Positions 1 to 10,200 of a DNA stretch of 64,000 nt are shown piece by piece (position 1 is the stretch's first letter; each line of letters begins with the position of its first letter). Under the pieces are notes generated by a model. That model was given only the letters and a program-made list of their open reading frames with translations. It searched no databases and had not been told where the DNA came from. Made by a program: the position numbers and the translations under genes. Source of the stretch: Chlorokybus atmophyticus (Eukaryota > Plantae > Mesostigma and Chlorokybus algae); NCBI GenBank assembly GCA_009103225.1, contig RHPI01002438.1, positions 688,755-752,754 on the forward strand, written 5' to 3'.

Positions 1-48
<48 letters not shown>
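1..48. repeat. (AG)n microsatellite, runs off window start
   Basis: Uninterrupted AG dinucleotide run from base 1 to 48. Confidence 0.98.
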
Positions 49-49
<1 letters not shown>

Positions 50-522
50 AGCGTGATTTTGTCAAAGATAACAACTTTTTAATCATGATTGTTGCTTGAC
101 TACTACATCTTTCCGTATGTAAGAGCTGAAAAGTGTGTATTGAGATTGCGGAGGAAAGCGATGAGAATCTGATGGTTGGAATTGCATCAACTTTTCATAT
201 GATCTGCATCATGTAGTACGAGGCGTTTTTGCAAGCATACTCGACTTGCACATCACACAAGGACACACTGGTCGCGCCAACATGACTGCATGGCCATGAT
301 TGAAATATTATCCAACAATGTCCAACGCGTACCACCTTCGATTACTACATGTACAAAATGGCACTTGGTGCCAGCCGCATAGGGTGAATGAACTGTCACC
401 ACACAACGTACAACTTGCTGCTAGCTGCAGCACTCCATGGGATCAGTACAACAATGTACAAAGTTCGGAGCAACTTGCCCTGCGCCCACGCCCCATGCCA
501 GGCTGTGGACTGCAGCATGGTG

Positions 523-2904
523 TTACTTAGCTCCCGGCAGCAGTTCTTGCAACTTAGACCAGATGCTTGGCTGCGCCATGCCTGCGCTGAGATACAATCG
601 CTCCCAAGCCGCCGTATCCTTGCCCGGACCATCGCCCTGCACATGAAACAACCCCTGAGTTACTCAGTCACACTTCACGGGCACAAAGACTGCTACCAGA
701 CACATAACCTGAAGCAGAGTACAGTAATGGCTACCGACAGCGACACATCACAATAACCTTGGTGCTCTCTAGTTCGTATGTTTGGTTGCATGTGCACTCC
801 AGCTGCAGCGCCTGCACAAACGCCTCTGCCACAGCTATGCGGCTCACTTCACCAGACAGCTTATCACCTGCAAGAAATGGCAGCCTAAAGGCATGACCCA
901 CTATGGTCGTTTAGGTGCACACGCATGACAAAAGGTATGCTGCAAACCTTTGCCAACAACAACACGCTGTCGCGATCCGCTGGTGGCTTTCAAGAGCGTG
1001 TTCAAGTCATATGATGTGTATGGTCCGTCCGTCAGGCGAGCGGGCCGGATGATTGTGTAAGCCAGACCAGAAGACCGCAACAACTCTTCTGACTGCCCCT
1101 TGTATGTCAAAACACCATTCAAGTTGAGTATCCTGCCGCCAAGACAGAAAGCATCAGTGCCTTATGGCTTCAACCTAGACAAACAGTTGCTCATCAAAAC
1201 GGTGCTTGTCTACAAGCAGTGGACACCGGGTTGTGGGAGGGTCAACAACTCACGAAGTGCTGTGTGAGCCGCGGTAGGTAGCCTCGCTTAGGAATGTGTG
1301 CGATTTAGTGTACATGTGCCAGTTGTGCAATACCACACACATTGCAACAACCTTGATTGGCACGTGACAACAAAGCAAGGTGCTGCGATGATACACTTAC
1401 AAAAAGGGGAATTGGTTGGCTCTTTCGACGCCAATGGAGGAAGCAAACATAAACCGCTTAACAGTTTTGGGGGTAGCTTTAATCAGGTTGGAAGCACCCA
1501 CCAGATCTACAGAAACAGACAACTCATAGTGGGTGGTCACCAACCACAGCACAAACAGGACTACACGCAAGTGGGTGCAATGACCACAAAGAGATGAGAT
1601 ATCACACTGCAGTAGAACGCCACAACCAGCACCTATGTTTTTGGGTGTATTGTCGCCGTCCCAGCGACTAGAGGGAAAGGCGGTTGTGCCTGTGCAGCAT
1701 ATCACAGCACCCACACCATCCCACATGCTGGGGACGCTCAACACCTCCGGATACCGCGTGTCGCCCATCACAAGCTGAAGACAAGCATGATCACACATCA
1801 GATGGAAGAACAACAAGCAACACTTGTTGTAATCAACATGATTGGCCACAGAGAGAAGTACCATACTTGCAGCTTTTGATGTTCGCCAAAGAGAGCACGT
1901 GCTCGCTCAATGCTGCGCACCATAGCACGCACGCTGTATCCCCTCTCCAGCAACTTGGCCACCAGGAGCTGACCTGCACACATTGCAAGAATGCTGTTGC
2001 TTCCAATACGACGACAGCATCAGCAGTACAACACTCATAACAGGGACTTGCTGCAGCATGAGCGCCATGTCTTGGTTTGCATGGCACGCAAGCATGTAAC
2101 CCTTTACTGCACTTCCGACACGACATCTTGTGTATTGTACCCAGCTAGCAATGCTGGCAAAGCCAAGACGCTATGCCTTGCAGACGTCGTTGCACGCATA
2201 CTGGAGTACACACACCTACATAGATGCATACACTCACCAGCAAGGCATACGTACCTACCCCTCCTGTTCCACCCGCGACAAGCACTTTATCTGGCGAACC
2301 GGGACTCAGAGTGTGCTGGGAGCTGCTTTCGCTTGGTGCTGTACTCGCCGATGCCGAGCAGTGGGAGATCTTAGATCTTCTGCAATGTGTGCCTGACACC
2401 TTCAACAAACTGCTGTGCCGTCCCGGCAGCACCTTCAGTATGCTAGCGAGATAGCAGTGTTTGGTGTCAGTGCTATTGACCAGGCACGTAACAGCAACCG
2501 TGTATCAAAAACACATACACTAAAGATAGTAATTACATGCACCAAGCGCGGAATGCAAACCCTCGCTACTTGCAATCATCTTTGCTGCGTGTATGCCACA
2601 ATTCGATGATAGACGCACACTTGACAAGCACAGGTACAGACTGCCCACCTCAAGCTGATGGCCGGCTGTCTGCATGAAGTTGAGGCCACCCTGCTTGACG
2701 CTGTCGAGGCATAAATTGGCTGGAACCGTCCTTGTCTTGCACTCCGCACTGCACATACGCATGCATTCAGCCTCACAAGGCGACGCACAGTCAAGCATGC
2801 AGCCAGACCGAAGCAGCCAATTCTCACTGACCTGATGGTTGGTTGGGCACAGCAGTGGTCACGGCCATTGCTGGCGCGAGCGCCGACGTCGCAGCGACAC
2901 CCAT
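523..2904 (-). CDS. Multi-exon plastid-type NAD(P)-binding Rossmann-fold protein (atypical SDR, At4g31530-like); start codon uncertain
   Basis: Exon translations: KVLVAGGTGGVG|QLLVAKLLERGYSVRAMVRS (GxxGxxG motif), GAVICCTGTTAFPSSRWDGDNTP, VKRFMFASSIGV, YTIIRPARLTDGPYTSYDLNTLLKAT, GDKLSGEVSRIAVAEAFVQAL, GDGPGKDTAAWERL...GAK* (TAA at 523-525). GT-AG junctions. Candidate first exon MGVAATSALAPAMAVTTAVPNQPS starts at 2904 and ends at a GTCAGT donor near 2832. Confidence 0.85.
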
Positions 2905-4210
2905 CACCGCAGCCATTCAGCAGGAAGAGCGCAAGCAACGCTACGACGGGCCGTCGTCGCCGTCGCCGCCTCCACCGCCACCGCCACCGCCACCTCCACC
3001 TCGTCGGCCAGGACTGTGGCAATGCCGTTGCTATGGGCAGTAATGCTGCCGCAGGCCCGCAGCACGGTATCTCAGACACTCCTATCAGTGCGTCGCAGAG
3101 TACGAGAAGTATCCCATGCGTGAGACCACTGGTCGGGTTTAAAGTTCACACTTGGGAAATCATGTGTTGGTCCCATGGTGCTGCGGCGGGTTGGGTGTCG
3201 GGAGGTGAACGGCGACATGTTGGCTGACTCTGTTACCGGTAGGTGGCATTTGCTAACACAAACAGAGCCAGCGGCCATCACACCCACAGATATACTGTAC
3301 AAAAATTACACAGCAACTTCCTCCTCCCAAGTGACTTCCGGTTGGAGACTCACAACAGTGTTGTTGCAACCATTGTTATTGCTTTCGTATGAGAATTTCT
3401 TTCTTTGGGATGGCATCGGCTAGGGCTTTCAGAATGGTTAAAACCGCTGGGTTGGGGCATTTGAAAATGGCTTGATAAAGTTGGGCAATGAAGGTATTAA
3501 TATTGTCATCATCGACAATAGTGCCGTTCTGCTAGCGGTCAAGCGGTAAGCGGTAAGCGGTTCCCATTTTGTCAAGACACATCATGCATTTAATGAGCAA
3601 TTATTTGTACACACGGTTGTCATCGTGCTCATATAATGGAATGTATATATATAATAGCTTAAGCTGGCGCAGACTCAGCGGCTATGGTGGGTTGATACAA
3701 GCGCATTACTGTGGAGACTTCGTTCAATTTGTGATGCACAGCTGGCAGCAGGTGCACATATCAAATAAGTGTACTTTTAAGCACATGCACGTCGCAGACA
3801 CCGCAATCGCAATAACTTGCTGACAGTCAGTGTGCGGGCCATTTGAAATTCGCATTCCTCACAGTGTTCATAGATGTTACGTGCGAGAAACAAGATAGAT
3901 AGGTGTCCATTGCAGTGATGGCTGCATGCATCCGCGACTTTTCAATATTGCACACTATTGCACATTAAATTTGTCGTGCCTGTCATGGTCGAGGGCAACC
4001 TTGTCTCGGGCAGGCTGCAGAGGAGTGCTAGTGCTGCACGCATGCTAGTGCCGTGCACTGCATTGGAGTCATGCAAGCAACAGACAACCCCCCAATCGTG
4101 GGCATAGACTTGAAGATGAGCCTACGCGGTGTTTAGTGCAGTGGACGAGCCGATGTTGCTCGCCACCTTTGTGTACAGACTGTGTCGTAGTGCACACAGT
4201 CAACAAGCCA

Positions 4211-4218
4211 CCCCCCCT
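4211..4218 (-). promoter_or_regulatory. Polypurine tract (AGGGGGGG) followed by TG
   Basis: Minus strand reads tcAGGGGGGG|TGGCTTG about 30 nt after the pol stop, the typical Gypsy PPT position. Confidence 0.7.
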
Positions 4219-4249
4219 GAGATTCTGGGGTAGCCCTCTGCTCCAGAAC

Positions 4250-7200
4250 TCAGTTCCTACCGACTGTGTGGGGGACCGTTGATGCGGCAGTCATCGCACC
4301 AGTATTCCCACAAGGGTACTGCGTCCAGCGGAGGTCAAGGCAGTAGCAGTGCATGCCTTGATTACAGCCATCGCATAACATCATCAATGGATCGTCGTCG
4401 GCGCTGCCACACTTCTCGCATCGGGTGCTGCGCAGCGGACGCGGGTGCTGGATCTGGGTGAAGCCAGCAATGTAGGGGAGATGACAGGGCGCACAATTGA
4501 CCATGTTGTCCTTCATGCGCTCGCCTCGTTGTCCCAACAGGTCCAGTACCCCTGTGGGGTGCACCTTCAATACCTTGTAAACAGCACGCCCGACGGAGGT
4601 ATCGAGGGTGTCGCGTGTGGACGCCATACGGTAGACGAAGTCTCCTGACTCGAAGCGGCGCTCCCGCTCCTTGTAGAAACCACTGCGCACACGCTCATAA
4701 CGCAGCGTGTCGCGGTGCTGCGCGATGCGCAGGTTGTTGAAGGCCATGGGGACTGTGTGTTCGAACAGCGCACTGCGCACTGTCAGATCATACAACATCT
4801 CGTCGGGGTTGTCGAGATTGTCCACCACTCTGTCGACCTCCTGCTGTGCGCGGAAAGGGAGCAATGGCTGCCTTCCGAACAGTAGATAGTATGGGCTGTA
4901 CTCTCGCAGGGCTGCCTGCTTGGACAGCCGGTAGCCCATTGCTACCCATGGGAGGTGATCATCCCAGGTATTCTTCTCGTAGGCAAGGACGTACTTGCGC
5001 AGTGCCTTCTTGATGGTCTGCACGGTACGCTCGGCGAGGCCGTCGGCCTGCGGGTGGTCGCGTGAGGTGCGACGGTGGTCGATGAAGCATCTGTCGATAA
5101 GCTTGTCGAAGGCTCCTCTGAACTCCGTACCCTGGTCGGTGATGACTTCAGCGCAGCTGCCGAAGCGTCCGAGTACATGGGAGAGGAAAGCCTGGGCTAC
5201 TCCCTCACTGCTCTTGTCGGGCAGGGGCACCAGCTCCACCCACTTGGAGAAGTGCTCGATCATGACGAGGATGTAGCGGTTGCCTCGCGCTGAGGGCGCT
5301 AGGTCTCCGAGGATGTCCAGTCCCCAGCGGTAGAACAACCCGGAAATGGGAAGGGGATGCAAGGTGGCATTGCGCGTGTTGAGGCTGGCGCGAACCATGT
5401 CACACTGCTGACAGTTGCTGACGAACTCCCGCACCTGTCTGTGCACCCCATACCACCAGTACTGGGTCCTGACCAGGCTGACCGTGCGCTTGACACCGAA
5501 GTGCCCGAGCTCGGTGTGAAGGGAGGAGATGATGCCTTCACGTGCAGCTGGTGTGGGGACCTCCTGATCTGCATCTTGTATCCGTCGATACAGCCTGTCG
5601 TTGGCCCAGCGGTAACGCTGAGTGCGTTGCCGGACGCGGTCCTTCTCGCGTGCGCTCATGCCTGCTGGAAGTTGTCCAGTCTGAAGCAGTGCGAGGGATG
5701 GCTCGTCCAGCCAGATGTCTTGTCGTGTGTCGGTGGGTGCCAGCTCCTCATCATCCACCTCAGGGTCGGCAGCGATTGCTTCTTCTGATAAAGGATCGGT
5801 GGTGGTGATGGCGGGCTCGAGAGCGGGCATGTCCCCGTCTGCTGCTGCCTCAGCGATCTGAGTCCTGCGTCCTGAGCGTAGCGCAGCGACAGCGAACATG
5901 GTGGCCACACCTGAAGGTGCAGCTGTAGGACCCAACTCATGTCGGGCGCCTGTGGCGTCGTTGGTGCTGAGGTGGGGGTTACGGCTGAGGCCATCCGCAT
6001 CCTGGTTGGCAAGGCCTGCGCGGTGTTCCACCTCGAAGTCGTACTCCTGGAGCAGCAGCGCCCATCGTGCTAACTTTCCTGTCAAGTGCTGGTTGTTCAT
6101 TAGCCACTTGAGGGGTTGATGGTCAGTGACCAGTTGGAACTGCCGTCCAAACAGGAAGGGTCGGAAGAAGGAGATGGCCCACACTGCGGCGAGACACTCC
6201 CCTTCGTAGCTGCTGTAGTTGGCCTCAGCACTGTTGTTGCTGCGGCTGGCGTACGACACTACGCGCTCCTTCTTGTTGTTGTCATGCTGTACGAGCACGG
6301 CCCCCATGCCGAGCTTGCTCCAGTCTGTGTGCAGGATGAACGACCTGGTGTAGTCAGGGCGTTGCAGAATGGGAGCTGTGGTGAGGCGGAGCTTCAGCTC
6401 CTGAAAGGCCTCCTGTTGTGCCTCCTTCCACAAGAACTCGGTGTCCTTCTTCAGTAGTTCGTTGAGAGGCCTTGCGATCTTGGCAAAGTCCTTGACAAAC
6501 CGGCGGTAATAGTTGGCAAGGCCGAGGAAGGCCCGCAGCCGCGTGAGGTCTGTGGGGGCAGGGATAGCCACCAGTGCTTCCACTTTGGCCTGCTGTACGT
6601 ACACACCATGGGGCACAATCATGTGTCCTAGGTAGGGTACCTTGTGGGTGAAGAAGGTGCACTTGTCAGGGTGCACCGTCATCCCGACTTCCTTCAGCCT
6701 CTGTAGCACCTCTTCGATGTGCTGGAGATGCTCCTCATTGCTGTGACTGAAGATGAGGATGTCGTCGATGTAGCAGCGTGCGAAGTCCAACCCCTTGAGG
6801 GCTTTGTCCATGACGCGCTGGAACTTGGCCGGAGCGTTCTTCAGTCCGAAGGGCATGACCTTCCACTGGTACAGCTGCCGGTTTCCCCAGAAGGAAGTCT
6901 TGTGCTTGTCCTCCTCCTTGATGGCGATCTGGTTGTACCCTTGGCGCATATCCAGGATACTATAGACCGTGCAGTCTCCTACATCGTCAAAGATGCCTTC
7001 TGCGGTAGGCATCGGATACCTGTCCTGCTTGGTCTTGTTGTTGAGGGGGCGATAGTCGCCACACATGCGCCGGTCTGTCCAGTTGCCTGCTGAATCTTTC
7101 TTCAGGGGCATGACGGTCGCGGCCGCAAAGTCCGATGTGGACTCCTCGATCAGGCCTGCCTCTAGCAGCGCCTTGCACCTCTGCTCCACCAAGTCTTCTT

Positions 7201-10200
7201 CTAGCTTGGAGAGGCGGTACTGTCTTCTGAACACCGGTTCGGTGTCCACTAGTTCAATGTCCATCTGGTATGCTGAGCAGATGCTCAGCTCCTTCACACT
7301 GAAACTGAATTGGCTCCTCCACTTGTTGAGGAGAGCCTCGAGTTGCTCTCGAGTCTGGCCTGTGGCCAGCGGTCCAATGGCGTGGGACCATGAGGTAGCG
7401 TTGGCGACCACTGGAATGTCTTCCACAGTAACTGCTGCCTGCTCCTCCATGTGGGCGGTCTCGAGGGCGGTGTGTGCTGCTTTGGTCTCTGAAAAGCGAG
7501 CAATCCACCCCCCAGCCAGGTGTTCGAGCTCCTGGAAGGACACATGGCGGTCCTGGAGAGCAAAGCACATTTCCAAGTACCACACCATGCTGCTCTGATC
7601 CATGGCGCGCCCTAACAACTGACATTGTTGACTGGTTGTCAGCGTGGAGCCTGCGATGCTGCTTGGAAAGAATCCCATAGCACGCTCGCGCTCGCGGGCA
7701 TTGGGTTCTTCCAGCCGTCCAGTGTTGGAGTCCAACACCATGCCGTCGCCTGCATTGCGGAACGCGTAGGAGCCTGGATGGGATACTAGTGTGGGTAGCG
7801 CGCGGCGCGGCTGACCCGGCTGGTTGCACTGGTAGAAGTGGTGGTGGTCAAGGCGTGTGACTGGTTGCGCTGTGCGTCCAGGGTCCAGGATGTCATCGAC
7901 GACGAGATTTCGTGGCCGATTGCTGTATAGGTACTCTGCCAGAAACAGGTCTTCCACAATGGCCAGGTTGGTCCACTTGGTGCGGACGCGGTGTGCACGA
8001 GATCCATAACGCGCGGCGTTGATTTTGAGAGGATGCCCCAGCAAGGAGCATACTTGCCGATAGGCCTTGGCGACGTGGTGCCGCTTGTCATCCTCGGAGT
8101 GCACATTCTCGATGATGTACCCCAAGGGCCTAGCGATCTGACTGATCTGTAGGAGTTTGATGACTCTCATTAGCTCCCAGAACAGCTGTGAGCGAGGATC
8201 CGAGAGCCCTTGGCCTCTGCCTGCCCTGGAGTGCCCTTGACACTCCCACCCTGCTATCAGCAGGTCAATGTTGCCGACTGCCTGCAGGTGATCCTTGGTA
8301 ATCCAGCGGATGTCCTGCGGTAGAGCCTTCTGGCTTCCTTGCAGTGCCGACAGTGGTAGCTGCTGCGGGTAGCGCTGGTGCAGCTGTCGTAAATGATGGC
8401 TCAGAGCCTCCTGTGCATGAGGGTCAGGGTCACAGTAGAGGTACTTGGTGACTGTTGTTCCTGTGTTGAGGACAGCCGCAAGCCCACTGACTATGCCTCC
8501 GAACAGCTCCAGCACGGTGATGCCTTGTTGTCGGCGGAACATGTGGAACTCCACAACTCCCGTAGCTATGTGGTACTGCTTCTGTACTGTAGCCTGGTCT
8601 TTGTAGGCAGGGAAGTGTGCAGTGAGCTGAGGCCTGGTCAGCAGCATGTGTGCTGCTACTTGTGCGCGCCAGCGACGCTCGGATGGCTCCTGAAAGGCCA
8701 CTTCTTTGGTGACAGTCTCTTGAGACTCATCGTACGGTGTAGGGGAGTCCTCTTCAGCGTTTAGGCTCGGGCTCGAGCTCGTTGCAGTTGTCCTTGGCTG
8801 CGTTCGGGCACGAGGCACACGTGAGCTTTTTGTAAGACTGTAGGTGGCTGCTGCAGCCGATCTTCGTTGCGAGCGGTCCTTGGCCACCAGTTCGAGAGGT
8901 AGGAATCCCTGCTCCTCTCCATCGTCCTCATCCCAATGTGGTCGAAACCATGCCTGCTCAGTCCAGCAGTCCAGCCCCATGCCGACAGGGAAGTTGCAGT
9001 CCTGTCCCAACAGTAGGTCAAAGGACCCGGCATCGGTGACCACACACCTTTGTACAATCTCGGTGCTGTGGGAAGGGTTTAGTCCGGTGAGGCGGATGCT
9101 CACAGCCTGCTTGGTAAGGCCGAGTACCTTGTCACGGTTGCCGGTTGCGGTGTCCAGCTGATAGGGACAGGGAAGCAGCTCAGCGCTGGTGATGCCGAGA
9201 TCTCGTGCGAGGTAGCGCCCAATGATGACAGGCTGTGCTCCAGTGTCCAGCATCACGCGTTTGGGTGCCCGCCCATTGACGGTCACGTGCTTGCCTTGGT
9301 TGGCGATCATGGCTGCATTGGCGTTGATGCGCAGCCTCTTGAAGCGACGGAACCTCTTGCGTGGAGAGACTGTTGCTTTATTCTCATCTGCGGGGCCTGA
9401 CCGTAGGGCAGCCAGGGCTCCTCTGCCTGATGGATCTTGTGGGCCTCCTTGTCCTCGGCTTTGTCCAAACCGTCCTTGTCGCGGTTGCTGGTACACGCGC
9501 GGTGGCCTAGGCACTGGAGGTGCTGCTGCAACCTGTCCAAGTGGAGGTGCAGGAGGGTTGACCCTCTGTGCAGCTGTTGTCATGCCAGGAGGAGTGGCCA
9601 GTGGCTGTGGCGGGAACCCTGGAGGACCTGGTGTTTGCGGGACTGCCTCTCGTGCAGCCTGCTCCTCTGCATAGGTCCATCGCACAGCATGGGCTGCCTC
9701 TCTGACTAGTGTACCTTCCCATGTCGCCGTCGCATTGTTGTCCACGTCTATATAGCGATGGTTCTGAGGCATGGGCTGCAGGTACACTGCGCGTAGGAGC
9801 CGCGCTCTCATGTCGTGGGTGATGGTGGGCACCCTGAGGATCCCTGCCATGTAAGCATCCCATCTGCCGTTGACCACTCCCACTTCCAGCACTGTTATTG
9901 CTCGTGTGCGTACAGTGAGCCGGGTCTCTGGCTGTTGGACATGCTGCTCGTAAGCAGTGGCGATGCGCCTGCGCTGACGTCCTGCCTCCACCCCTGGCAA
10001 ACTCAGTATCGCCTCCAGAGCTCCCTCCAGAGTGTCAGTGGCGGCGGAAGCCACTTCATCATAGGCTTGCCGTATGGAGCGAAGGAATGCGTCCACCCAC
10101 GCTATTCTGGCGCCGAAAGCGAACAACGGGACTGCGGGATGGTTGGTAACCAGCCACGTCACTAACCGTGCGCGTGCCGCGTTGCCATTGTCTCGCATCC

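Noticed and set aside
2835-3227. Poly-Pro, poly-Arg and WR-repeat ORFs (also 26861-27229, 32768-33127, 59418-60020)
   Set aside because: Translations of GC-rich microsatellites in UTRs or introns, or alternate frames of the Gly-rich tail.
3420-3570. AAGCGGT x3 tandem with an inverted AACCGCT, suggesting a MITE end
   Set aside because: No convincing terminal inverted repeat pair or TSD.
3972-4249. env-like third ORF in the retroelement
   Set aside because: Only about 280 bp lie between the pol stop and the element end, with no ORF.
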